Positions 54,101 through 64,000 of a stretch of 64,000 nt of DNA are shown piece after piece. The DNA lies in contig NC_073415.1 in NCBI RefSeq assembly GCF_028641065.1, forward strand, positions 8,494,001 to 8,558,000, read 5' to 3'. Position 1 is the first letter of the stretch, and every line of letters starts with the position of its first letter. This DNA is from Leucoraja erinacea (lineage: Eukaryota). The notes under the pieces are model-generated. The model had not been told where the DNA came from, searched no databases, and was given only the letters and a program-made list of their open reading frames with translations. The translations under genes were made by a program, and so were the position numbers.

Positions 54101-57100
54101 AACAATGCTTTTAAAGGCTGCTATAAAAACAAGATATCAAGTTCAAACTAAAAACATTGCTTATGAATAGAAACGGGTGTTGGAAATACAGGGGAGATTA
54201 AATGGTGCAGCAGCAAATTTATAAAGTTAGGTACTCCGAACTACATGTGCTAAACCCAGCAGATAGTGAGGACTATTTTACCAGGGCTTTTATCAATTTA
54301 TTATTATTTCTTCTTCTTAAGTATTTCCTCAGAATTAAGAATGACATATTTGAGTTAGTTCTGTGGGCTCCGAGGTGGCTGATGAGGGTGAGCACCAGAA
54401 GAGGAGCAGGAGGTGTTTGTTTGGGTAGGCGCGTGGGCAAAAGGTTTACCAGCAAAACACATCAGTGTGACTGAACAAAATCTAGAGGTGGAATTAAAAA
54501 TGTTTTGCCATCTCAAGCTACTCAGTAATTGCAAATGTAAGAAGTGGGAAGAACCATGGCCTGTTAGTAACTAGCTTGTCTTCTCTGGAGTCCCTCAAGA
54601 TTGAAGATTACTTGTTTCCATTATAATTCAATTGGTCTTAACAGGCACATCAGAACCAATGTGGAATCGGCAGATTCTGCTGTGGATGGGACACGAGGTG
54701 TGTGATAGGAGGTTGGATGGATTTATGGGAAGAGGAGCAGAGTCACAGGGTATATAGTTAATACAGGATATATTTATGTAAGCAAGAATCAGCCTCCAAA
54801 CTACTTTCATTGAATATATCAGTGCTCTCCTTTGAAGTTGCAAGGTGCAACTGCATAATAAAGGCATTAGCTATTTGAAAACACTAATATTATTACAAAA
54901 CCGAGTAGCACTTGACACAAATCATCGTATTTATCAAGACAACGATCAGTTCTTCATCAGATACGCATGATATGCACTCAACATTGGGACTGAGTAATGT
55001 GACATGACCATGAGATATTAACTAATGTTAAAGATGTTAACCAAAATGCTCAGGGAACAAATGTGCAAGCAGCACAGTGTTACAGCAAGTAGAGCTACTG
55101 CCTCACAACTCCAGCAACCCAGTTAAGTCCTAACCTCACATGCCGTCTGCGTGGAGTATGCAAGTTTTCCCTGGCTACATGACTTCTTCCAGATGCTCCG
55201 GTTTCCTCCAAAATCCCCAAAATGTGCAGGTCAGTAGGTTAATTAATCATCAATGGAGTGATAGATTATAAAAGGGTGTAGGAGTTGATTCCACTCCTCC
55301 AAAGAAAAGGGCCAGCAATCCACCAGCCTTTTTCATTATTTTTCTCTTTCTGCCAAAAAACATTTGAATGACATTTCAGACTCCCAGGTTTCTCTGACTG
55401 TTGTACCCAGCTATTCCCCAATTTATGTACTCTTTGAATGATAAAATGGATAAAACGATGGATTACATCACATTCATGTGCATTGCAATTCACTTGCTTC
55501 AAGTTTACCCATTTGATTACAGAATCTCAGAGGCTGTTCATAACATCAAGTCGTGCTGCTTTCGTTGAGAACATTTCTATATTTAGACCCATTTCCTTAC
55601 TCCTTCCCACATCCTTCAAATAATTTTCCATTGTGCATTCCACGGATGGGCACCAAATCCTGGCCTCGCCAAAAATGCTCACAGACCAATTTAATTTAAA
55701 AGCTGCAGCAGGTCACCGCCAATACATCTTTCCAACACTCTGGACAATGGTCACTCCGCCCTTCCCCGATGTGGAACGTACCTCGGGCTGAATGGACTTG
55801 AAGACAGTAATGTCCAGCAATGTGATCTGACTCTGAAACAGTAAAAGAGAATCAGGCATCGCCACGGGCAAAACACATGAAATGTGGAACACAAACAGAA
55901 GTCTTTTACAAATCAGCAAAGCTGCCAAACACACCAGCAAGAAACAACCCAGCTAATTCCACGTTATACCAGCAGTAGCATTTTACAACCAGATGGATAC
56001 CATGCCAGTGCTCTACAAATTGCTACTTCCTCTCCTCATTAAACACCAAGCCTCTCGAAATTCTACCCCGGGCAAAAGGCTTTAAAAGTACAGAACCAAG
56101 CTACTTTTCATGGAATCTGCACGACTCCATCCTTTTGTTTTATCCTGCCTTCATTTTCCAGCCCCCTTTCCCAATTCTCATTTTTCTGCACTCATTAGCC
56201 ACACAATTCCTCCCCAGGTCATTCCAGAAAACGGTTTGCAACCCAGTTTGCAATTCAGAAATACAGCTGTGAAGAAAGTTCCCATAGTGCTGAAGATGCC
56301 TGCAGCACTACATCTCTCTCTCCCGCCAGATTCCCAAATGCTCATTCATTTATACAGGCCGTACCCAAGTCAGACATTCTGAAAAGTCCCCACCCAAAAC
56401 CTCACCTATCCATGTTCTCGAGGGACGCTGCCTGACCTGCTGAGTTACTTCAGCACTTTGTCTTTTTTCAGACATTCATAAGCCTGGGAGATTCTGCTCA
56501 GCCTGATTACAGCAGCGACACGTAACTTCATCTGTCTATTTCCCTCCACAGACCTGATGAGTTCCTCCAGAGCTCTGTTTTTTGCTCAAGATTCCAGAAT
56601 GTGCATTCTCTTGTATTTCCAGGATGTGTATTTTATTTAGTTAAATAAGTTTATACAAAGGGAGATTGCTCTGCACAGCCTTGGAGAAAAACCCAGCCAT
56701 TAAAATATCCACATCTTCCATTCGGAAGGCACTCATCCTGCTCACTTGTACCCAGAACTGAGGGTCCATCCTTGACACAATGTGTTGGATCTCTCCAGTC
56801 AGCATAGTGCTCTATACAACACAACTATAACACCAGAAATGTATCATCTCTGGGAGAGGGCCAAGTGGCGGAAACAGAATAAATATAGAAGGATGCCAAC
56901 TGGTTGGTATGGTGGACCAAATCACTGCCATGTGACGGATTCATTTTTATTTACATCTTGTCTGCAGTGACAATGTTAAAAGTATTATACGAATGGAAAT
57001 AAGTTCAGTTTAGGAACAGAGAGATCACTCATATTTGATATATTTCCCAACAATTCTCTGAGGAAATTTAACAAAAGCTCTTTGGATTCAATTCTTTCAG

Positions 57101-58247
57101 TATCTCATTGGCACCAAACACACTGAAACACCCCATATCCAGCTCATTACATTGGTTCTTCCTTCCCTCTCCCCCACCGTAACTTTTACTCACTGCAAAC
57201 TGTTCTGGAGACACCTTGAGAACATCAAATACAACAGCATCGAAGCTCTTCCCGAGGTTCTGAGATCCATTTTCTATGGAAGCCACGGATGGACTGCTCT
57301 GGAAGTTTTAGGTTAAAAATACAGAAATTTAGCCAGCTGTGGGTGTACCACCCAACAATAGTTACGGACTTTTGTCACAACACTTAGCATATTTCATCCG
57401 CCCCCATATTTCATACCAGTTTCATGAATAATTCTCCATATTAACTTTTTTTTTTTTTTTTACAAATTGTCACTGTAACATAGGGACCATAGAGGAACTA
57501 ATTTGTAATATAGGAACTAATTTGTGCAAAGGAATACAGTAATGTCAAGAGGCAATTTCAACATGTCCATCTCACCATTCAATACAATCATGGCTGCTCT
57601 CTGCCCCATATTACTTAACATTTAGTAAACAAAAAAAATCCCTCAATCTCAAATTTAAAGTTAACAACTAACAAATCTTATAGAAACATAAAAAATCCTT
57701 AAAGGATTAGATAGGCGAGATACAGGAAAAATGTTCCCCATGTTGGGGGAGTCCAGAACCAGGGGTCACAGTTTAAGAATACGGGATAGGCCATTTAGGA
57801 CTGAGATGAGGAAAAACCTTGTCACCCAGGGAGTTGTGAATCTGTGGAATTCTCTGCCACAGAAGGCAGTGGGGGCCAATTCACTGGAATGTTTTCAGGA
57901 GAGAGATTTAGCTCTTAGGGCTCCCACCCACCATGCATGGGACTTTGGTAGTGCTGATCTAGCAGAGTTTCTAGATTGGATGTTATTTCATATTAATACT
58001 CCAACACACTTATTTACTATTTAAAAATAAGATGCTACACAGTAAAATAAACAATTTTTTAGGGTACATGAGTGACGAGATCCTTGTGGAGCTGAATTTA
58101 GTAAAAACAGCAGGAAGAAATTATAACATGTACAACCAACTCTAAAGCAATGTTCAAAGTTCAGTCTAAAATAAATATCTTTCAGTTCAGTAACAAAGTA
58201 CCTACCTCTGGTCCAATATTTATTTTGTCTCTTGCAGTTGGCTCCAT
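18095..58247 (-). CDS. RALGPS-family Ral guanine nucleotide exchange factor (CDC25/RasGEF + C-terminal PH domain), 19 coding exons, 557 aa; probable third paralogue
   Basis: Exons 58247-58206, 57298-57194, 55832-55782, 52629-52546, 51790-51701, 49666-49574, 48333-48207, 28379-28242, 27280-27190, 26689-26625, 26447-26342, 26116-25971, 25155-25098, 24797-24729, 23265-23178, 21356-21264, 20431-20326, 19445-19354, 18124-18095 total 1674 nt in one open frame. Motifs [51 protein letters not shown] and LPTNLISFE* match RALGPS1/2. Confidence 0.95.
18925..19128. mobile_element. Inverted pair of Penelope-like terminal repeats
   Basis: ggaaataggcaacgtttcggg…cccgaaatgttgcctatttcc centre with ~90 bp complementary arms. 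Confidence 0.7.
19354..19445 (-). CDS. RALGPS-like PH exon
   Basis: [30 protein letters not shown]; aagcag|gttagt. Confidence 0.95.
20326..20431 (-). CDS. RALGPS-like PH exon
   Basis: [35 protein letters not shown](G); gagcag|gtgagt. Confidence 0.94.
20711..21018 (-). mobile_element. V-SINE (HE1-like)
   Basis: Near full-length reverse-complement copy of the SINE family. Confidence 0.8.
21264..21356 (-). CDS. RALGPS-like PH exon
   Basis: [31 protein letters not shown]; acacag|gttggt. Confidence 0.94.
23178..23265 (-). CDS. RALGPS-like exon (PH start)
   Basis: [29 protein letters not shown]; tcccag|gtaggg. Confidence 0.93.
24729..24797 (-). CDS. RALGPS-like exon
   Basis: [22 protein letters not shown](G); caacag|gtatgt; matches RALGPS2 NRLYHSLGP. 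Confidence 0.9.
25098..25155 (-). CDS. RALGPS-like linker exon
   Basis: (D)[18 protein letters not shown](R); ttgcag|gtgaga; ends like RALGPS2 WPAFER. Confidence 0.8.
25440..25900 (+). mobile_element. Old, diverged Deu-domain-type SINE (similar copies ~21960-22240 and 35590-35940)
   Basis: Degenerate tactgagg…gatgagatattaa…aaaagatcccatg…tcctggcc core recalled from AmnSINE/SacSINE-type elements. Confidence 0.45.
25971..26116 (-). CDS. RALGPS-like linker exon
   Basis: [48 protein letters not shown]; ctatag|gtaact; conserved ATFP...LLDDSVME. Confidence 0.9.
26342..26447 (-). CDS. RALGPS-like linker exon (divergent, no PxxP)
   Basis: [34 protein letters not shown](N); tctcag|gtaagt. Phases 1/2 fit the neighbours, and RHRK aligns with RALGPS1 PRHRKSHSLG. 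Confidence 0.82.
26625..26689 (-). CDS. RALGPS-like exon (end of CDC25)
   Basis: [21 protein letters not shown](G); ccacag|gtaaga. Confidence 0.92.
26725..27030 (-). mobile_element. V-SINE (HE1-like)
   Basis: Reverse-complement SINE with (ca)n tract and tRNA-like head. Confidence 0.8.
27190..27280 (-). CDS. RALGPS-like exon
   Basis: (D)[29 protein letters not shown](R); ttatag|gtgtgt. Confidence 0.95.
28242..28379 (-). CDS. RALGPS-like exon
   Basis: (G)[45 protein letters not shown]; ttctag|gtaata. Confidence 0.95.
30320..30684 (+). promoter_or_regulatory. Candidate promoter and non-coding first exon of ANGPTL6
   Basis: GC box GGGGCGGGG at ~30320, a repeat-free UTR-like stretch, and a strong donor CAAG|gtagga at 30684/5. 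The acceptor at 36528 upstream of the ATG requires an upstream exon. Confidence 0.4.
32015..32372 (+). mobile_element. CR1-like LINE 3' fragment
   Basis: [17 protein letters not shown]…SRTR.HSLRIKG…. Confidence 0.8.
34821..35207. mobile_element. Non-autonomous DNA transposon (MITE; hAT- or P-like) with ~30-bp TIRs and 8-bp TSD CTGCAGAC, inserted in a Penelope-like repeat
   Basis: Left CAAAGATCCTACAGCG-AGCAAGATGGTCCACTC vs right (revcomp) CAAAGTTCCTATAGCGGAGCAAGATAGACCACTC; ctgcagac at 34813-34820 and 35208-35215. Confidence 0.85.
36563..37201 (+). CDS. ANGPTL6: ANGPTL6 first coding exon (acceptor at 36528)
   Basis: Signal peptide [17 protein letters not shown], coiled coil, CAG|gtaaaa donor. 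Confidence 0.92.
36563..45331 (+). CDS. ANGPTL6: Angiopoietin-like protein 6 (signal peptide, coiled coil, fibrinogen C domain), 5 coding exons, 493 aa, nested antisense in the RALGPS-like intron
   Basis: Exons 36563-37201, 39271-39463, 42226-42419, 43745-44015, 45147-45331 total 1482 nt in frame. ANGPTL1/2/6 motifs [56 protein letters not shown]. The ANGPTL6 assignment rests on divergent adjacency to PPAN and the extra intron in the coiled-coil/linker region. Confidence 0.88.
37312..37780 (-). mobile_element. CR1-like LINE 3' fragment
   Basis: [40 protein letters not shown]. Confidence 0.85.
39271..39463 (+). CDS. ANGPTL6: ANGPTL6 linker exon
   Basis: [35 protein letters not shown]...[13 protein letters not shown](G); aagcag|gtaagt. 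NEILRDQ resembles NEIQSDQ of ANGPTL2, and phases 0/1 fit. Confidence 0.85.
42226..42419 (+). CDS. ANGPTL6: ANGPTL6 fibrinogen-domain exon
   Basis: [23 protein letters not shown]...[24 protein letters not shown]; gagcag|gttagt. Confidence 0.95.
42935..43500 (+). mobile_element. Non-LTR retrotransposon (CR1/L2 group) ORF2 C-terminal fragment, a family distinct from the common CR1
   Basis: [35 protein letters not shown], frameshift, then RLTRFYKML…[16 protein letters not shown]. Confidence 0.8.
43745..44015 (+). CDS. ANGPTL6: ANGPTL6 fibrinogen-domain exon
   Basis: [21 protein letters not shown]...[12 protein letters not shown](G); ttgcag|gtaggc. Confidence 0.95.
45147..45331 (+). CDS. ANGPTL6: ANGPTL6 last coding exon
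   Basis: [60 protein letters not shown]. Confidence 0.95.
45659..45664 (+). terminator. Candidate ANGPTL6 polyadenylation signal AATAAA
   Basis: First AATAAA I found downstream of the stop, ~330 nt after it. Confidence 0.5.
46995..47156. mobile_element. Inverted pair of Penelope-like terminal repeats
   Basis: ataggcaacgtttcg-ggt-cgaaacgttgcctat palindromic junction; gattaatcactcag on both flanks is a possible target duplication. Confidence 0.7.
48207..48333 (-). CDS. RALGPS-like exon (precedes the ANGPTL-hosting intron)
   Basis: [42 protein letters not shown](G); ctgtag|gtgagt. Confidence 0.95.
49574..49666 (-). CDS. RALGPS-like exon with GC donor
   Basis: [31 protein letters not shown]; ttgcag|...|GCAAGT. 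Confidence 0.92.
51701..51790 (-). CDS. RALGPS-like exon
   Basis: [30 protein letters not shown]; ttgcag|gtaagt. Confidence 0.95.
52546..52629 (-). CDS. RALGPS-like exon
   Basis: [28 protein letters not shown]; ccacag|gtaggg. Confidence 0.95.
55782..55832 (-). CDS. RALGPS-like exon (CDC25 start)
   Basis: [17 protein letters not shown]; tttcag|gtacgt. Confidence 0.94.
57194..57298 (-). CDS. RALGPS-like exon
   Basis: [35 protein letters not shown]; ttccag|gtgagt. Confidence 0.94.
57675..57920 (+). mobile_element. CR1-like LINE fragment
   Basis: [18 protein letters not shown]…[10 protein letters not shown]. Confidence 0.8.
58206..58247 (-). CDS. RALGPS-like first coding exon ([14 protein letters not shown]); exon acceptor at 58281
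   Basis: ctttacag acceptor, AGTATGG start context, GAG|gtaggt phase-0 donor that fits the next exon. The N-terminus is weakly conserved. Confidence 0.7.
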
Positions 58248-60269
58248 ACTATTCCTAGAACATTAGTAGCTCAAATTTGACCTGTAAAGAAAGAATGTCA
58301 CATATTAAACTACAAGAACTTATTATTTGATTGCTCTTGTTTCTGTAATAAATTCAAGGTGTGTATTAACTAAAAGGAATAGCTGTGACAATAATTTGAG
58401 TTTAATCATTATCATTTTGAGTGGATGTTCTTATTACAACCTAGCTAATCCATTGAATTACTATCACCAGTTATTTTCAACTATTCTTTACCAGTATTTG
58501 AATTCACACCAATCATCTTTTCCTTAAAGTTTAAAGGGGAAATATTTCATTGGAACACCATAATCTCAGCCATATTCTTGGTTGTATCCTTCATCCTTAG
58601 ATTTCTTCACAGACTGTATCACAGGGGCTTCTTCACCACACAGACTACGCAATTCAAGATAACCACCACCCACCATAATATTCTCAGAAGCAATTAATGA
58701 TGGGAGACAAACGTTAGCCCTATTAGTACCATCTTCATCGAGAGTGAACGTATGTAAAACTGACACACAAGACTGCCAAGCTGGTTTATTGGTCTAGCCA
58801 TTTAAAACAAATGATTAAAATACTCTTTCCCACACGTCCTTTAGTTACACCTTGACATTAAATGCTCAATGGTTGAAATACAATTCAATACAAAAATAAA
58901 ACACCAGATTGTACTGAAGTTTACCAGAATGGAAAATCACAGACTATCTTTGATTGGATCTTACTAGACTTTATCTTGCGCTAAACATTATTCACATCAT
59001 TCCATTTATCGGTATCTGTAAACTGTAGATGGCTCGATTGAAGTATGCATTGTCTTTCCGCTGACTGGTTAGCACACAACAAAATTTCTTCACTTTCCAC
59101 ATGACAACAAACTAAACAAGCTAGCTGATATCAGAAAAAATATTTTGCTGCACATGTACTCACAATCTGAATCACAACTACTTTAAAATGAACAACTTTT
59201 CTTTCTGTAGAGCCTTTAACAAATTTAAATTAGGTGTAACAAAATCAGAAAAATCCAACTTAAAGAGATGGTACAGCACATGTAGTAATGTTTGGACAAA
59301 GAGGTGGGTTTTCAAGAGCATCTTTAGAGTAGTGGAGAAGCCCAGATGTGTAACAAGTGAATTCCTGATCTGGTAAAATGCAAAACAGAAAATGCTTGAA
59401 AAACTCAGCAGGTCAGGCTGCATCTGCGAGAAGATAAAGAGAAAGATATCTTTCATATCAAAAATCCTTCATCAGAATGGTAAAGGAGCCCCAAAAAGCT
59501 TGTTAAGCTGCTGGAAAGAGTGGGTCTCTCATGGGCTAAAGACAGGACGACCATTGGGATAAGTAACAAAGTTAACTGGTCAATAAGTTGCAGAATAATG
59601 AGAAAGTAACAGACAAAAGAACACAGGTAGCACAGAAAAGAATGATTACTACTCTTACTGGAACCAATCACAAAGTTCTGTACCACATCCTACACTATAG
59701 AAGTTTAGTTCTAAAAGATGCAAAAATAGTAAATCTGAAAAATGAAAAATGCCGGAAATACTCAACTCACATTATCTGTGGAACATGAAACAGTTATCAT
59801 TTCAGATTTCCAACATTTTGTTTATATCAGGTTTATTTTTAGATTTTTTTTTTTTGATTTTCAACAAAACTAAAACTTCAGAACACCCTTAATGTATGCA
59901 TTTTCCATACACACCCGTACAAGGACCACTTAGTCACCCTGGTTTTAGCTTTCTCTACATCATCCAGAAAACCAGATACTCAATTGAATGTCCAATCATT
60001 GCCCCTTTATCATTGATTATTCCAATTTATGTGCAATTGCATTTGATCCCATAGCCTTGTGATTTGTTAAATTCTGACGTCCAGTCTTAACTATGCAGCC
60101 TGGAATAGAATAGGATGGATGGGGCTCTTCGTCTCAAGAGAGAATTGGCATTGTTGTGGTAATAAAACTGCCTCAGATGAAACAAAATCCCTGAAGAGGA
60201 TGATATGCAAGGAACCAGATAGATTGCCTTTTTTTTAAAGCTCTATGGACAAGAGTTTATTGCGAATAA

Positions 60270-60535
60270 GTGCATGGGTCCCACCCCTGACGGAGCGCTC
60301 TGCTCCTCTGAATGGCGTCAACACTCCACACGACGACCCTCTCTCGTGCCCAAACGGCCGTTGGTCAGCGGCGCGTGCACGAGACCAGGTGCGCACGCAA
60401 CACGGCGGGAGCGCGCACCATCCTCACCCCCACCCCCACCCCGTCAGGCACACCCGTCCGCGCATGTGCACTCCGGACTTGCTGGCCAGCTCGGTGTGCG
60501 CATGCTCCCCTGAGAGCGCGGGAAAAATGCATGTT
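60270..60535. promoter_or_regulatory. Small CpG island with NRF1-like sites; probable promoter region of the RALGPS-like gene
   Basis: CpG-dense; CGCGCATGTGCA (~60459) and GTGCGCATGCTC (~60496); ~2 kb upstream of the first coding exon. Confidence 0.55.
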
Positions 60536-60607
60536 GCAATTTAAGAAACACACATAATACCCGGCAGATCAGCTGCAGAATGCCTCCAGGTTCAGTATGC
60601 ATTGGGA

Positions 60608-60622
60608 TATATAGATAGATAG

Positions 60623-60665
<43 letters not shown>

Positions 60666-61205
60666 GATGGATAGATAGATAGAGAGATAGAGAGATGGAT
60701 AGATAGAGAGAGATGGATAGATATAGATAGAGAGATATGGATAGATAGATGGATAGATAGAAATGAATNNNNNNNNNNNNNNNNNNNNNNNNNNNNNNNN
60801 NNNNNNNNNNNNNNNNNNNNNNNNNNNNNNNNNNNNNNNNNNNNNNNNNNNNNNNNNNNNNNNNNNNNNNNNNNNNNNNNNNNNNNNNNNNNNNNNNNNN
60901 NNNNNNNNNNNNNNNNNNNNNNNNNNNNNNNNNNNNNNNNNNNNNNNNNNNNNNNNNNNNNNNNNNNNNNNNNNNNNNNNNNNNNNNNNNNNNNNNNNNN
61001 NNNNNNNNNNNNNNNNNNNNNNNNNNNNNNNNNNNNGATGGATAGATAGAGAGATGGATAGATAGAGATGGATAGATAGAGATGGATAGATAGAGATGGA
61101 TAGATAGAGATAGAGAGAGAGATGGATAGATAGAGAGAGATGGATAGATAGAGAGAGATGGATAGATAGATAGAGATGGATAGATAGATAGATAGAGAGA
61201 TATCT
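60608..61205. repeat. (GATA/GGAT/GAGA)n microsatellite flanking an assembly gap
   Basis: Direct inspection. Confidence 0.95.
60769..61036. other. Assembly gap (N run)
   Basis: Ns in sequence. Confidence 1.
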
Positions 61206-63449
61206 GTATAGATATATATTTATCTGTCTATTTATTTATATATATATATGGGTTTTTTTTAATAAAAGAGAGGCATAGATAGGATAGACACAGTCAACCT
61301 TTTTTTCTCCCTTGGATGGAAAAAGCAAATACTAAATGGATACAAGGTGCTGGAGTAAATCTGCAGGTCTGGCAGCATCAATGGAGAACGTGGCTAGATA
61401 ACATTTTGGGACGAGACCCTTTAGTCTGAAAGTGATGGGAGCCTCGATGTTTTAAGGGAGAATAGGTATAGTCGTGGCAATAAAACAGTTTCAGATATAA
61501 TCCTTGGAGAGGATATTGGAGGTTAGCAGGATATTAGCAGTGATTACATTTAACAGGGTTAGCTTATATTTTGCACAACCTACACAGACACAGACATGTT
61601 TTTAATTTTGATTATTATCCAAGTTATCTTTAAGTGGAAGAAGATATAATAACAATGTGCAATTAATAACATGATGGGACCTCAATACACTTCACCGGAT
61701 CATTATCAGCAGAATTTCATACTCAGTCATATAAGATATGAGATAAGATGGGGAAATACTAACTTGAAACATCATCTATTCATGTTCTTTGAAGATGCTG
61801 CCTGAGTTCTCCAGCACTTTGTTTCCTTTTGTGTATTAACCTGTAACAGCAGTGCCTTGTTTCTACAAATATTAGATTTAGTTTAGATGACATAGCTTTA
61901 AGGTGAGATGGGCAAAGGAAATGTGCAGGGCAGGGCATGTTTTTTTTATACAGCATGTGGCGAGTGCCTGGAATGCATTGCTGAAATTGGTGGAGGCAGA
62001 TACAATTGTCATTTTTAAGAGAATTTTGGATAAGCAGGGAATGGAGGGATATGGATTATGTGCAGACAGATAAGAGTTGGTCTTGTTATCATGTTGGGTA
62101 CAGATATTGGGCATTGAAGGACCTGTTCCTCTGTTGTATTCTATGTTCTATTAAGTATGTTCCTCTTTAATTTTAGGAGAAGTATGATTTTGCATATCCA
62201 TTGATGAAGCAGATGAAGGTGGATAGGTTCAGACACTGCTCTTGGATCGCCTACAGTAATATCCAAAGACAGGGATGGTTGACTACCAACAACCACATTA
62301 TCTTCCCCTGTGCAAAGTATGACTCCAACACTACTGATGTGTTTTGTTGTCTGATTTTTCGCTCTCGGCTGTTAATTGCTGTCTTGTGTCAAGTGTTGCC
62401 TTTCTCGCCTCATCTCTTGAACTCGGCTCTTTCATCCATGTTTGATCCAAGGCTAGACACAAAATGCTGGAGTAACTCAGCGAGACAGACATCATCTTTG
62501 GAGAAAAGGAATGGGGGACGTTTCGGGTTGAGACCTTTTGATCCAAGGCTGCATTAAGATCTGGAACTCGTTGTCCCTGCCAAAAGCCACATTTGGCACG
62601 TGAAAGCAGGTTAATGGTAAGTATATGCGGCTTGATAGCAAAAGCAGAAAATGCGGGCTATGCTCAGCCTGTGAGGTAACATTTTAAAGGGTCAATAACA
62701 CAACATCATTTAGAATAAGGATCCTGATGTGCAATGCCAATAATCTCATGTTCTCCAGGGATGCTGCCTCAGAAATCACTTCTAATATCCTCTCAGGAAT
62801 TTTATCTGAAGCAGTTTTATTTCCACGATTATGCCAATTCTTAACATACCGAGGTCCCCATTGCGTTCAGACTGAAGAATGGTCTCAACCTGGAATGTCG
62901 CCTATTCCTGTTCTAATGCTGCCTGACACGCTGTGTCTTTTTTTTTGGTAAACCAGCATCTGCAGTTCCTTGTTTCTACACATTGACAGATGAAGTTTAA
63001 TCCCAATAAGAATGGTGCGAATCATCTTGGGACGTTGAACAGAAGTAGAACTTGTACAGTAACAGGTAGTGTGCAAAGGAATGTTGATGACAGAGGGACC
63101 TTGAGGTCAAGTCCATGCTTCCCTGAAAGTGGTAACACAGGTGGACAGGGTGATGAAGAAGGCATATGTTATGCTTGCCTTCATTGGTTTGGCCATGGAA
63201 TATAAAAGTTGAGGTGTTCTGTTGCAACTTTACACACACTGATTAATATGATGTGCATTTCTTTTCCATGCTAGAAAATGGATGTGGTTGCATTGGAGAG
63301 AGTGCAGAGGAGACCCACCAGATGTTTCCTGGATTAGAGATCTTATGGGTAGAGTTTGGATAGGCTTGTAATCTCTGGGGCAAAGGAGACAGAGGGGTGA
63401 TTTGATAGAAGTATTACAAAGTTATGAGGCATCTATATCTCTAAATCAA

Positions 63450-63780
63450 TAGTGTGTGTCCCTGTGTGCCTGCCTGTGTGTGCGTGTGCCTGCCTGTGTG
63501 TGTTTGTGCACGTGTGTCCCTGTGTGCCACTGCATGCCTGTGTGCATGTGCCTGCCTGCGTGTGTGTTTGCCTGTGTGTGTTTGTGCATGTGTGTCCCTG
63601 TGTGCCACTGTGCATGCCTGTGTGCGTGTGCATGCCTGTGTGTGCGCGCGTGCCTGTGTGTGTGTTTGCATGTGTGTCCCTGTGTGCCACTGTGCATGCC
63701 TGTGCGTGTGTGTATGCCTGTGTGCCACTGTACATGTATTTGCGTGCCTGTGTGTGTAAGCCTGTGTGTGTGTGTGTGCA
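63450..63780. repeat. (TG)n-based complex minisatellite
   Basis: Repeated tgtgtgtccctgtgtgccactg…gcctgtgtg units. Confidence 0.92.
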
Positions 63781-64000
63781 AAGTTAGACATCAACTGCAA
63801 TTCAGACTGGTGCCTGCAGCTAACGGAACTGAAACTGGCCTCTTCCCAGTCACATGACATGGGGGAGGTGGGGAAGTGAGCTGTGGGAGGGAAAGAGAGA
63901 GAGAGAGAAAAGGAAGGGAAGATCAGACATGGTTTCACCAGCGAGAACGGTGCTTTGAGTACATAGCTGGCTCTGTGTGTCGGCGAGGGCTAGTTTTTAT

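Noticed and set aside
63433-63938. Several Cys/Val- or His/Thr-rich ORFs
   Set aside because: Artefacts of the (TG)n/(CA)n minisatellite.
1-64000. P2RY11, EIF3G or SHFL exons expected from human synteny
   Set aside because: No recognisable exons. P2RY11 would lie beyond PPAN's 3' end, outside the window.

Overview
Eukaryotic vertebrate DNA, most likely a cartilaginous fish (skate/ray), judging by the dense HE1/V-SINE, CR1(HER1)-like LINE, Deu-type SINE and Penelope-like repeats. I reconstructed three intron-containing genes by hand from splice sites. (1) The 5' part of PPAN (minus strand, 713-10736), which continues off the window start; its exon 4 lies in a garbled stretch. (2) A complete 19-coding-exon, 557-aa RALGPS-family Ral GEF (CDC25 + PH; minus strand, 18095-58247). 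(3) A 5-coding-exon, 493-aa angiopoietin-like gene (plus strand, 36563-45331) nested antisense in the ~20 kb intron of the RALGPS gene. Its head-to-head position with PPAN and its exon layout point to ANGPTL6. The main finding is that the host looks like a third RALGPS paralogue, retained around ANGPTL6, whereas human ANGPTL6 has no RALGPS host. It lacks the usual PxxP SH3-binding motif and uses a GC-AG intron. Other findings: minimal hammerhead-ribozyme cores in Penelope-like repeats, a MITE with an 8-bp TSD and a perfect 28-bp internal hairpin, and a GGGGCC-containing minisatellite just 5' of the PPAN start codon. All homology calls come from recalled protein and repeat sequences, not database searches.
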